Below, piece by piece: positions 50,001-59,324 of a stretch of DNA of 64,000 bases. The stretch's first letter is position 1, and each line of letters opens with the position of its first letter. The DNA is from an uncultured bacterium (lineage in GTDB: Bacteria > Margulisbacteria > WOR-1 > JAKLHX01). Below the pieces are notes generated by a model. That model did not search any database. It was not told where the DNA came from and saw only the letters and a program-made list of their open reading frames with translations. The position numbers and the translations under genes were made by a program. The stretch lies in the NCBI GenBank assembly GCA_964597815.1, contig CAZQZN010000002.1:82679-146678 (forward strand), written 5' to 3'.

Positions 50001-53000
50001 TTGGCCTTTAATTGTTAACTCCCCATTATTTATGTCAACTGCAGATTCTCTTAAATAGATTGTATAAATATTTCCTTCTTTAATATAAAAAGCATCGCCT
50101 TCAATACCCAATTTTTTGAAATCCTCATCAGTAAGCAATTTTACTGAACCTATTTTTTCATCAATATCTTTTGGTAAAAATTTGGCATCAGCAGCTTTTA
50201 ACCCATCCAAAAGCATTTTCACCATTTCAAATTTTTGAGGATCGTTAACTGGCGTAAGAGACTCTATCTTTTCTATAGGAACTTTTTCCCCAGATTGCGC
50301 TCCATCTGATTTTCGCTCTCCTTCTGGATTTTTCCCGGCAGCAATTTTTTCTACATCAGTTTCTGTTGCACCTGATCTTTTTTGCTCATCTAAATTAGGT
50401 TTATTCTTAAATTGTTCAACATCTTCCTTGCTAACAACCAACTTAATTCGATTAAAAACTCTGCCCAGATTTGACGTTCTATATAAATATTTAAAAAGTT
50501 CCTTCTGTATATTTTGCATCATTTTTTGTTTTGCAGTATTAATTGTTTCCTCAAAGATCCTTAATGCTTCCGCTTCACTTTTTTCGCCAACAAATTTTGA
50601 GTTTTGAAAATCTTTAAGTGCTTTATCAATATCCTCCATGTAAATTGCATAATGTTTTCTTAAAATTTCCTGAACTTTGTACTGCCAATAATCAACATTA
50701 GGATTTAGAGAAGGAGTGTTTGCATTTTTATGAAAAGACGGGTCGTTGCCAAAATAATTGCTATAAATTTCGAACAGCTTTTTTGAAATAACCTCTTTAG
50801 CAGTTTCCACATCTATACCTTGAAGTTCTTTTAAATCAACTGTCCGGCCGCCGAGCAATTTCGAAAATATAGTCTCAAGCTGTTGTCGCTGCTCCAAATT
50901 TATTATTTGAGAATTTTCTGTTAAGTTACACTCTTTTAATATTTGTTCCGTGCTGACTTCTGAAAACGTTTTAACAAATTCTAAACCTTTCATAGATGCG
51001 TCATACAGCTTTTTATAATCTGCCAAATATTTTTTGTTTATATCATATAATCTATTTAAAATTACTATCGCTTTTAATGCTTTTTCCCTGTGCCTTGCTA
51101 GCGCAATATTAACAAGATTATCTATAGCTTCTCTTGCTTCTTTTGTTTTTCCTTCTCGCGAAAGATTATCTATAGCTTCTCTTAGTATTCTCCTTTCGTC
51201 CTCTGTTAATATTGAATATATATAATCTTCTGGTGAAGAGTAAACAATTGAAGAGCCCCTATCTCCTTGTCTTCCACTTCTTTTAACTTTTTGTGTAGTC
51301 CATCTTTGAGAAGAATCCAACTCGGTTGTTATTACGTGCAAACCGCCATTACTTTTTGAATTGTCGTAAAGTTTTATATTATCCAACAGTGTTTCTATTT
51401 CTCCTAACTTTATATCAGTACCTCTGCCAGCAGTTGTTGCAACCGTAATAACATAAGGTTCACCTGCATTTTCAATTATTTTTTGTCCCTCCTGTTCAAC
51501 ATTTTCAGCCGTTAATACCTGGATTTTTATTTTTCCTTTCTCACCTTTATTTAATCTTTCTTCGATGAGTTGTGCTATTTTTTTAGCCTCATCAATTGTA
51601 GACGCTGCTACTAGAATCGGTCTCCCTTTTTTAGCTGTTGAAATCGCGTCATCAACAATAGCGTTCATCTTACTTTCGCTATCCGAAAAAAACTTTGTTG
51701 GATTTCTATCAACAGAAACAAACAAACTTTTCAATCTTTTCAATCTTTCAGATATGTCCCCATTTTTAGGGCTAATTTCTCCTTCAATTTCTTTTACAAT
51801 TTCATCTATTAAACTCTTAGTGAGATTAGGATCCCCAGTACAATTGATTATCTTTATATTTTCTAAAGGATCATCAATTAATTTTTCTACACTATTTTCT
51901 TTGCTTTGTATGCGTTGCTTTATATATTCTTTTATTTCTTTTTTCACAACGTCAATTTTTGATTTGTCAGTTAATTCGAATTCCTTCAAATAGTTTGGTA
52001 ATTTTGCTAATTGTGCATCAGAAAGATAGCTTCTAATTATTTCCCAATCTTCAATTAATGTGCCTGAGAAGCCCCCAATTCTCTCGTATTGCTCTAAAAA
52101 ACCTTTAATTACTATTGATGCAAGAATCTTTTGAGGAGGGACAATTTTCAATCCCTCAACAAGTCTAATTGCTTCATCCATTCCATCTTCCCACCTCATA
52201 CCGTGCATAGGGTGCCCTTCATCGTTGATAATTATTATGTTACCCCCCTCAACTTTATATTGATATTGTTTAGAAAGAGGACTATTTGGGTCGTTTTTTA
52301 TTATATAAGCTACTGCAATATTTTCGATTCTATTAATTTCTTCAACCAAACTTCCCGATTTGGAAATTCTTTCCTTTAAAAATTCTTTCCCTTTATCAGT
52401 CAATTTCCCCTCTTTATCAATATACTCCTTACTAATTTCACCATTCTTAAGAAAAAGTTTCTTAAAATTTTTATAAGAATTTTTCCAAAGTTTTTCGTAT
52501 TGGCCTTCAAGTATCTTTTGAGTAACGGGATTTAATTCCAATTGTCCCCCTGAAACTATAAAAGGTGTTGTTGCTTTATCAATCAACAAACTATCTGCTT
52601 CATCAACGAGAATTGCCTTGTTTTTTGCATCAATTATCTCTGGTGGTATTTCCCCCGAAATTGCATCAAAAATCAATGTTTCTGCTCCAACAACAATTGG
52701 ACATTTATAAGCTTCAATTTTCTCTTCAAGAGACATGTTGCTTGTAATAATGGCAAAATCTTTACCTTTTACCAACCCCATCCTTTCAGCTTCACCTGCC
52801 CAATCCCTTACTAATGCATCATTTGAAGTCATAACATGAATGCCTTTTCCTTGTTTTCTAAGATGTTTGGCAAACAAAACTCCAATTATAGTTTTCCCTT
52901 GACCACAATCAATATTCAGAAAAGAATTTTTCCCATTTTCTAATGCTTTAAGTGCTTGAATCTGATTATCATGTAATTCAACAATAGGTTTCCCATTTTT

Positions 53001-56000
53001 ATCTTTTGGCACTAATGACTGCCAGACTTTTCTATCTTCATCATCAATATGAGGAGGATCTATAACAGATTTTCGGATTTCATTTTCATCAGGAGTGGTT
53101 TTAAAATCTACACTTTTTAAAGTTGATTTTTTTAATTGTCCTAATTGGTCTTTTATTTTTTCATTTGAATCATAATCTATAGGCAAATACAAAACTGCTG
53201 GCTGTTCCGAATGAATATTTGATGCTTCACTCGTTCTTAACTGAACAGCTGGATCTTTTATGCCTTCTAAAAGCCTTATTTCAACTATTTTCACAACAAC
53301 ATCATTACCAAATTCATCCCTAACAACTAATTTAAGAGAATTGTCATTTGAATCATAAAACTGGCTCAATATTGATTTCCCATTCTTTGTATCATATAGT
53401 AAATTTAGAAGTTTAAAATTAGCGCTTAAAGATCCCTCACCAGTAGAAGCAACTTTTGAAATGTCGCCATCAATCAATATAATAACGCCATTGTTGCTGT
53501 TTTTGTCAACATCTCCCTTATTTTCAACAAAACTTTTCGTAAAGATTTCTTGTTCAAATGTAAAAGATGAAGCAGATACACGCAATGATGCTGCGGCTTT
53601 TTTTGTTGTTTCATTGGCTTCTCTCCTCAAGTTTATTCGCTTTTTAAAATCACTTATATGATGCCGAGACCTGTTTGCTGCCCAATCTAAAGAATAATCT
53701 AATTTGGCAACAACTTTAGAAGCAATTCCATTAGATTCATACGCCTTATTATATAGAAATCCAATAGGATTAATAAAAGTATAATAGGGTACCTTGACCA
53801 AGCTACCAACTCTTGTTTTTGCAATTTTATTATAAATTTTTTGTTCAAATCCAATCCCCGGCAATCCTTTAACATAGTTTTCTATGAATGGTATTTTGCT
53901 GAGTAAACGAACTACTTCAGTATAGGGTTGAATTGTTCTGCCCCAAATCGAGTTGTAACCACCCATCATCGTGAAAAAATTAGCAGCCCAAAACATTCCT
54001 AAAAATGTAGATATATTTCCTTCTTTTAATTCCTGAATTGACTGCATATACCAAAGCGGCGGATATCTATACAAAAAGAAAGCTATTGGAACTTTTACAA
54101 GTGAGCTGGAAATTTCAGACAAAGATTTACGCCCCAATAAAGCTTTTGTAATATCCGAAGCAGCAGAAATTGGTAAACCAAGAAATATATAATATGGTAT
54201 AAGTATTCTCATTTGAACTTGCATAGCAAATATTTGTTTCGGCACCTCACCCCAATTTTTTTGTAAATCATCATAAATAGCTTTCATCGCAGAAATTATT
54301 GGATGGTTCCGATCTTTTTCTGATAATTTATCCCAAATTTGCTTAAAAGTTACTGGATCAAACATTTGAAAATAATGGCCAAAAAAACCGGAACGGTTCA
54401 ATCCGTTTTTTATATTAGAGGAAAATGTATCGCCGAAACTAATACTCTCGCTTTGTAATAGTTCTTTTCTGTATTCTAAAAGAACCTTATAGATATCATC
54501 TTTTGGCTTAATATCCAATGGTTTAGAATAAGAATTTTCATCTAGGTTTTTCCCTATAATTGAAATACAATTACCCAGTTTATCCATTAATTCATTTGGA
54601 AAGCCAATTTTTTCAGCAAGGTCTTTCAATAACAATAAATCTTCATAAGTCAACTTATTTAATGAATCTGATTTTTTATTAGGAGACAAATTTAAACAAA
54701 GAGTTTTTAAGTCCGCCACAACAGAATTTGGATCATATTCTTTGAATATACTTAAAAAATTGTTTAGCCCTATTATTTCAAACAGACTATGGCCTGTCAT
54801 TTTGATATTTGGCATATCAAAATTAAAAGATCCATCTTCCAACTTATAAGTGAACATTATTACACTTGAAATAGCTTGTTTAATATCATTTATTGTTTTT
54901 ATTTGACTCTCATTTAAACCAAGCCCTTCAAACTCCGATGTCGTCAGGTTTAGAGTGGCAAATCCTCTCAACTTCCATAATTCATTCAATTTATCATTGC
55001 CCATATCAGAAATGATTTTATCTGCATTCTTAAAAACACAAATCATGTCTTGAAAGCTTCGTTTGAATCCAAAATTATCAGTAATGTTTATGCCAAAAAG
55101 ATTTTTGTTCAGTTCAGAAGCAATCTTTTCAATGTAGTTTACAAAATTACCGCTGGATATTTTTCCGCTTAACCAGTTGTAAAGATCAGGAGTAATTGTA
55201 TAATTTTGCAAAAAGTCATTTATCGCATCCCTTTGAGCAATTAACGATTGTTTCTTTTTTTCGCCTAAATTATTCTTTTGTAATTGCTGATTGATGTCTT
55301 CCAGTGTTCCTAAAAGTCCTGTTTCTTTAGCATAAAGGTTTTTCAATGCTATTACTTGATTTTTCTCCGCTACTAAAGTTGGGGCATTTGAAATGGGCGG
55401 ATCAACACGCCACCACTCGTTTCCAAATTCAACTGGTATATGATTAGTAATTTTTATGTAGTTTAACAAAGGAGCAAACACGTCGGGATGAGCTGTTAGT
55501 TTGTCAATATTAAATTCAGTTCCATCTTCAAATTTATTAATAAACTCTAATATACTCTTCGATTCTTCTTCCGATAATCCAACTTCAACATCAGGTCTTA
55601 TTGTCCAATAAACCAAATTCATCTTATCTTTATATGGAGATTCTGATAAAGAACTAATGTGTTGTTTAAAAGCAATAAGTTCATCGTTATTGAAAACAAT
55701 TTTCTCTTTTTCTCCTTTATTCATTCCGACTTGCAAAAGTTTGTTTAAAACGTTCTTGATTTTTTCTTCTCTACAATTTTTTATGTCTTCAGAAATTTGT
55801 TCTAACAATAATTCATCTGCGCTTAAATCATAATGAACATAAGGTTTATTAACTTTTAATTTTTCTGCCAAATACGCTATATCTTCTTTTGTTAAGTAAT
55901 TTGGGAAAATATTTGCTGTATTAGGAGAACTAGGAATATTTATTCCTTGATCTTTGAGAATTTTCCTAAATAAAGATAATGGAGCTATCAAACTTGTCTG

Positions 56001-57677
56001 CTGTTGTGTATGAGTGCTGATTGTTGACTCACTCTTTATTTCTGGATCAGGAACAACCTTTACATTTTCCGGATCTATATCCGAAGGTCTAATAGGATTG
56101 AGTGTTTCTAGATCTATTATTATCGTAGCATTACTTGACTTCTTTAGCTGTTCAATAGGCCCTACTTTTTTAGGATCAAACGCAAGGTATATTTGAGGTG
56201 AGTTAATCATGCTAATTAAAAAGTTATAATCCTCAGGTGATATAGTTCTTGGGTTGGCATCATTATCACCCACATCAATTGTCAATATTTTTTCCAATCT
56301 ATCGTATCTTGTCTTGTTTTGTGGATCAATATTTCTTAAATAGTTTATTATTGCGGAATTAATATTTTCATAGTTTAGCCCACTTATTTTCTTCTTCATT
56401 TCTACTGCCAAATCCGAAGCAAAAAATCTTGAATAAACAGTATATCTATATCCTTGGACATTCTCTTTGGAGTATTTTTGAAGTTCTTGGACTAATTTAT
56501 CATTCACTTCTAACAATAAAATCGTTTCATTCTGTGAATTGCCTCTTGAAGAAGTTAAAAAATCTCTCTTATTTTCAGAAATAAAACCCAACAAAGCAAA
56601 GGCAGTTTCATTATCAAATTTGCCATCAATTTCATGTGAAGGATGCAAATAAACAAATTTAGTATATGGGGATTTAATGCTTTTAAGAATTTTCTGAATG
56701 TTTTTAACCCACTCCTGACTTTGAGATAAATTAAAACCAGCATATTTTATATCAACTTTTTCATTTTTTTCATTATCCTTCTCAACGATTGACACACTTA
56801 AAATTAAGGCCCTATCGCTTTTAAAAAAACCAAGCAACTTATTAAAATCTTCTTCAGGATTTCCTTCAGAGTTTGTCTTTTTATATAATTCAATCATTCT
56901 TGGTTTCGCTGATTGTAGATAGTTGACACAAGCGTCCTTCCCTTGTTGAAATAATTTCTCAAAAGCTCTCTTTTTTATTTCTTCCAATTCTATTCCAGCA
57001 CTAATTTTGCTTCGAATTTCATCAGGTATATTTGTATCGTTTAATAACTTTTTAACTTCATCTATTTTCCCCAACTCATGAAGTTGAGCAATCAATATCA
57101 TCATCATTTTATTGAATGATTCTTGAGTAATCTTCTTTCCATTTGAATATTCCTTCAATTTTTCTATCGCTTCGTTTATCCCTTTATCATCAGCTAACTT
57201 CATAATCTCTTTTTGAGTCTCCAAATCATTAATGCGATTATTGATAAGTTCCTTACCATACTTTAACAGCTTGTTTATTTTTTCGTCTGAAAGCAATTTT
57301 TTCAGTTCTGCAATGAAACTATCAATACTTTGATCATCAAATTTTTGAGATTTTATTTTTGAATCAACATAAAGCAACTCATATTGTTTTCTACCATCTT
57401 CAGTCAAATAATAATCTGGATAATTTTTAAATATTTCCTCTAATAAATTTACTACCTCATTATATTTGTGGGAATTATATAATTCACCTACAAATCTTAG
57501 TTTGCTTGTAATTTGTTCCTCGAGAAACTCAAATGGCCTTTCTATAGAGCTTATTCCACCAGATTTGATCGGTCTTTCGTTAGAGGATGGAGGGGTAGAT
57601 ATTTCTCTTCGATCACCTGGCTTTGGGACAGCAGGGGGTAAATCAAAACTTTTATTTACTTGTGATATCCCTGTCAT
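47028..57677 (-). CDS. Giant (3549 aa) multidomain protein with an internal complete SecA-like ATPase core (NBD1-PPXD-NBD2-HSD)
   Basis: Single uninterrupted ORF. Residues about 1560-2250 carry SecA-like motifs. These are Walker A NIDCGQGKT, GKGIHVMTSNDALVRDW, Walker B/DEAD-box region AILVDEADSLLIDKATTPFIVSG, a PPXD-like segment (GHPMHGMRWEDGMDEAIRLVEGLKIVPPQKILASIVIKGF), GFSGTL, NBD2 ATTAGRGTDIKLG and GGLHVITTELDSSQRWTTQKVKRSGRQGDRGSS. The flanking regions of about 1550 aa and about 1300 aa have no recognised domains. No N-terminal signal peptide. Confidence 0.85.
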   Translation of the reverse strand: MTGISQVNKSFDLPPAVPKPGDRREISTPPSSNERPIKSGGISSIERPFEFLEEQITSKLRFVGELYNSHKYNEVVNLLEEIFKNYPDYYLTEDGRKQYELLYVDSKIKSQKFDDQSIDSFIAELKKLLSDEKINKLLKYGKELINNRINDLETQKEIMKLADDKGINEAIEKLKEYSNGKKITQESFNKMMMILIAQLHELGKIDEVKKLLNDTNIPDEIRSKISAGIELEEIKKRAFEKLFQQGKDACVNYLQSAKPRMIELYKKTNSEGNPEEDFNKLLGFFKSDRALILSVSIVEKDNEKNEKVDIKYAGFNLSQSQEWVKNIQKILKSIKSPYTKFVYLHPSHEIDGKFDNETAFALLGFISENKRDFLTSSRGNSQNETILLLEVNDKLVQELQKYSKENVQGYRYTVYSRFFASDLAVEMKKKISGLNYENINSAIINYLRNIDPQNKTRYDRLEKILTIDVGDNDANPRTISPEDYNFLISMINSPQIYLAFDPKKVGPIEQLKKSSNATIIIDLETLNPIRPSDIDPENVKVVPDPEIKSESTISTHTQQQTSLIAPLSLFRKILKDQGINIPSSPNTANIFPNYLTKEDIAYLAEKLKVNKPYVHYDLSADELLLEQISEDIKNCREEKIKNVLNKLLQVGMNKGEKEKIVFNNDELIAFKQHISSLSESPYKDKMNLVYWTIRPDVEVGLSEEESKSILEFINKFEDGTEFNIDKLTAHPDVFAPLLNYIKITNHIPVEFGNEWWRVDPPISNAPTLVAEKNQVIALKNLYAKETGLLGTLEDINQQLQKNNLGEKKKQSLIAQRDAINDFLQNYTITPDLYNWLSGKISSGNFVNYIEKIASELNKNLFGINITDNFGFKRSFQDMICVFKNADKIISDMGNDKLNELWKLRGFATLNLTTSEFEGLGLNESQIKTINDIKQAISSVIMFTYKLEDGSFNFDMPNIKMTGHSLFEIIGLNNFLSIFKEYDPNSVVADLKTLCLNLSPNKKSDSLNKLTYEDLLLLKDLAEKIGFPNELMDKLGNCISIIGKNLDENSYSKPLDIKPKDDIYKVLLEYRKELLQSESISFGDTFSSNIKNGLNRSGFFGHYFQMFDPVTFKQIWDKLSEKDRNHPIISAMKAIYDDLQKNWGEVPKQIFAMQVQMRILIPYYIFLGLPISAASDITKALLGRKSLSEISSSLVKVPIAFFLYRYPPLWYMQSIQELKEGNISTFLGMFWAANFFTMMGGYNSIWGRTIQPYTEVVRLLSKIPFIENYVKGLPGIGFEQKIYNKIAKTRVGSLVKVPYYTFINPIGFLYNKAYESNGIASKVVAKLDYSLDWAANRSRHHISDFKKRINLRREANETTKKAAASLRVSASSFTFEQEIFTKSFVENKGDVDKNSNNGVIILIDGDISKVASTGEGSLSANFKLLNLLYDTKNGKSILSQFYDSNDNSLKLVVRDEFGNDVVVKIVEIRLLEGIKDPAVQLRTSEASNIHSEQPAVLYLPIDYDSNEKIKDQLGQLKKSTLKSVDFKTTPDENEIRKSVIDPPHIDDEDRKVWQSLVPKDKNGKPIVELHDNQIQALKALENGKNSFLNIDCGQGKTIIGVLFAKHLRKQGKGIHVMTSNDALVRDWAGEAERMGLVKGKDFAIITSNMSLEEKIEAYKCPIVVGAETLIFDAISGEIPPEIIDAKNKAILVDEADSLLIDKATTPFIVSGGQLELNPVTQKILEGQYEKLWKNSYKNFKKLFLKNGEISKEYIDKEGKLTDKGKEFLKERISKSGSLVEEINRIENIAVAYIIKNDPNSPLSKQYQYKVEGGNIIIINDEGHPMHGMRWEDGMDEAIRLVEGLKIVPPQKILASIVIKGFLEQYERIGGFSGTLIEDWEIIRSYLSDAQLAKLPNYLKEFELTDKSKIDVVKKEIKEYIKQRIQSKENSVEKLIDDPLENIKIINCTGDPNLTKSLIDEIVKEIEGEISPKNGDISERLKRLKSLFVSVDRNPTKFFSDSESKMNAIVDDAISTAKKGRPILVAASTIDEAKKIAQLIEERLNKGEKGKIKIQVLTAENVEQEGQKIIENAGEPYVITVATTAGRGTDIKLGEIETLLDNIKLYDNSKSNGGLHVITTELDSSQRWTTQKVKRSGRQGDRGSSIVYSSPEDYIYSILTEDERRILREAIDNLSREGKTKEAREAIDNLVNIALARHREKALKAIVILNRLYDINKKYLADYKKLYDASMKGLEFVKTFSEVSTEQILKECNLTENSQIINLEQRQQLETIFSKLLGGRTVDLKELQGIDVETAKEVISKKLFEIYSNYFGNDPSFHKNANTPSLNPNVDYWQYKVQEILRKHYAIYMEDIDKALKDFQNSKFVGEKSEAEALRIFEETINTAKQKMMQNIQKELFKYLYRTSNLGRVFNRIKLVVSKEDVEQFKNKPNLDEQKRSGATETDVEKIAAGKNPEGERKSDGAQSGEKVPIEKIESLTPVNDPQKFEMVKMLLDGLKAADAKFLPKDIDEKIGSVKLLTDEDFKKLGIEGDAFYIKEGNIYTIYLRESAVDINNGELTIKGQRRLASAVVHEIFEIYYREKFSDMTEEDRRKNSHVLAEFATSFLFPTEQVEGDGKLTFRQRVKNMSTKIRGLCDSIAKDASRSIDTGGMMGFAMDLLVFNLIPELYNNGFSNIKTKDYWIQSFERAWESAIRGAFFAARDNLIQDYISASIWGTNYSNLELWQKASVIKKINFTGTNLAAMAVSGLLDDAITWAESDVDPLITQYYDQNVKKNKDLMASNNPYLREYYYKMMTVKMLQGSVSNMLFEAPQILLATLKIPFNNEVAQFITRTSAGVGINMASRKAFEATLINWLNEEYLGENGKVKQFSEGKIEYIDGLSNLNMLSQYLFSNPQAIEHISSLSGYISNIIQSKFSSAIASSTVEKLLPQAFSKAISPRAVFATVASAGFAARNGFNNGRTTDDNVKDYTLSFVSSVAGGGGIGLGTGVLTYGFSAAALSIAPIAITAGGIGFLGGVFYQTIDQQNKILEILDDISKNEQNSNKLIGVKNSLRGWISGTINTGGTAITDQREAIDILQKISSKLEVKAFNFNAEDIILLSRLGYKNILGTTINTLDKNKDTTYLGVTLVQGTTEKVVGQEMQNLNLLFGKGAWRKDYTEEEYIDKICPNWRWLVSKQSGERETFQNRLPLVYNSGTVQKFVKMIDSNENLIVRNMMDEYFKDPSLANKYSPDEFWKRTGISPVITKEDMIAENKKFLEEANKFIFEHLPEETREMLVNLNASDTNVIMEAFYNNYFSLSNLSKKKSPAEIAFLRRIGINLDDVNIYTLKSYKKLWDETKQALTNSCALEKALEKFGLKTIEELENSDPQKFATVVGFAIKELAEEKDWQISDQDLISFNFVVVKFLYDIFESQQLIKPNISLKELAGIKDATIAVNQIRNYQNISSELIEILKRKGALVWALKDMGLDSNIDIDSLSDDVFTAVISQAIGLLLSANNKEVKTKNKGLSGFFTTTKYDVKYITPQMAQLLSDDKILAYHRIDQSYYHYNPALGV

Positions 57678-57690
57678 AAAAATACCTCAG

Positions 57691-59307
57691 CTAACTATTT
57701 AAAAATTTCATCGCTTTCTCGTAATCATCTAATTGGCCTTTAAATGGGTTGTCAAAACTGTTAAAATAAGCGCTTAACTTTTTGAAAAACTCAGAATTGT
57801 CTTTATTTAATTCAACTAAAGATTTCATACTTTCAGTAATTTCACTATTTTTACTTTTTGCATTTTCTCTATCGGCTTCAGGTTTATTAGAATCATTCAA
57901 AATTTTTAAGTTTTCATTAAATTGGCGAATCAAACTTACGAAATTTTGCACACTTGCATCAACAGATGTAGTTTTTGTCACTTCAGTTTTTAACTGCTCA
58001 TACATTTTTTGTAGTTCTTTGGCATATGGATTATCAGCAAACCTTATCAAATTATAAGCTGCTTCAAATTTCAAGTTAATTTTGTTTTCATCTAATAAAC
58101 CTTCTTTTTCTAAAATCTCAAAGAACCTTTTAACTTTTTCTTCTGGATTTGTCAACTTGTCAAACTCATCCTTGTGTTTTTCTCTAATTTCATCAAGTTT
58201 GCTCTCTCCAATTTCATTAATTAAAGAGTCCATTACATAACTAGAAACTGTACTATTCATCAACGATGCCAAAACAATTTTTGTTTGTTCATCTTTTGAA
58301 AGTTCTGAAATTTTTCTACCATCAATGAGCGGCGCATTACTTCCAATATTTACTATTAAATTGAAGTACTTTTCAAATATATTTTTCGTGATCTTATAAT
58401 CACCAAGAGTAAAAACGATAGGAGAATTATCAATATAAGGATTATTTTCAATTGGGTTGGTTGGATCAATGGCCTGTGGTCTAATTCTTGATGTTGTCAA
58501 ATTATCTTTCGCAGCATTAGCAACAGATGAATCATTAGCAGTTGATCCAACTAGCAAACTTCTATTATCAGTTGTTACTTCTATCCCATATAACTCAAAA
58601 ATATTCACATTTATTTTGTTTGATAAAATTAGTGCCGTTAGAATTGTCTTTTGATCGCTTTCTTCAATATCTTTGAAATCTTTGGCTTTTAATCTCTGGC
58701 TTATTTTATCTAAAATCAGCGAAATGTTTGTATTATTGCTGCCCAAAATCTGAATGGCTTTTTGATAAGGATCACCGCTTAGTTTAATCCATTGCTGGTC
58801 AATGGCCGACTTTATACCTTCATATTCAGAGATGCTTATTTTTACATAATTTCCTCCACTTTTGTTATAAAGTTGTGCGGTTCTTACCAAATCTTGTGTA
58901 TTGCTTTGGTCTAATCCGATTAATTGCATAAAACCAACAACATTGCTGAAAAACAGCTCTATCTCTTGTTGTGTCAGCTTTCCATCTGATTGAGAATCCC
59001 TTTCAGATGGAACTTTCATTCCGCTGTCTATTAAATCAAAAAGTTCTTTTGAAACATTTGCGCCAGCATTTCTTAAAGATTCAAGAGTAATGTTATTTTG
59101 ATCTATTTTTTCGGCATTTCCGCCAAAAATTGTTATGAAAGAGCCAATAATCGAAGTTTCATTCCCTTGTTTGCTTTGAGCAATAGCTTCTGGCCTACTA
59201 ACATCTTGTGGTACTATAACTGTTGTATCGCGTTCAAAAGATGGTGTTTGGGAAACATACGTACCACTATTAACTGTTGGTGCTGATTGTATAGCTTCTG
59301 CTACCAT
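57691..59307 (-). CDS. Hypothetical protein (538 aa) with an EF-hand-like Ca-binding loop
   Basis: No signal peptide. The loop DSQSDGKLTQQE (aa 104-115) fits the EF-hand D-x-[DNSQ]-x-D-G-x-[ILV]-x-x-x-E pattern. 13-nt gap to the giant gene. Confidence 0.55.
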   Translation of the reverse strand: MVAEAIQSAPTVNSGTYVSQTPSFERDTTVIVPQDVSRPEAIAQSKQGNETSIIGSFITIFGGNAEKIDQNNITLESLRNAGANVSKELFDLIDSGMKVPSERDSQSDGKLTQQEIELFFSNVVGFMQLIGLDQSNTQDLVRTAQLYNKSGGNYVKISISEYEGIKSAIDQQWIKLSGDPYQKAIQILGSNNTNISLILDKISQRLKAKDFKDIEESDQKTILTALILSNKINVNIFELYGIEVTTDNRSLLVGSTANDSSVANAAKDNLTTSRIRPQAIDPTNPIENNPYIDNSPIVFTLGDYKITKNIFEKYFNLIVNIGSNAPLIDGRKISELSKDEQTKIVLASLMNSTVSSYVMDSLINEIGESKLDEIREKHKDEFDKLTNPEEKVKRFFEILEKEGLLDENKINLKFEAAYNLIRFADNPYAKELQKMYEQLKTEVTKTTSVDASVQNFVSLIRQFNENLKILNDSNKPEADRENAKSKNSEITESMKSLVELNKDNSEFFKKLSAYFNSFDNPFKGQLDDYEKAMKFLNS

Positions 59308-59324
59308 ATTTTACTCCTCCTGTA

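Noticed and set aside
50900-51200. Possible zincin metalloprotease motif in the giant protein (AVVHEIFEIYY)
   Set aside because: The sequence is H-E-I-F-E, so the second His of HExxH is missing. I did not see a downstream Glu/His third-ligand motif either.
51034-51993. Plus-strand ORFs of 63 to 142 aa inside the giant gene (and similar antisense ORFs listed at 52131, 52565, 53461, 56014, 56555)
   Set aside because: They are fully nested antisense to a gene with strong protein-level motifs. Their translations are low-complexity Ser/Phe/Leu/Ile strings, as expected from the complement of a Lys/Glu/Asn-rich gene.
47028-57677. Calling the 3549-aa ORF simply 'preprotein translocase SecA'
   Set aside because: The SecA-like core is only about 20 percent of the protein and is internal. 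Canonical SecA has no 1500-aa N-terminal extension. Labelling it secA would mislead.
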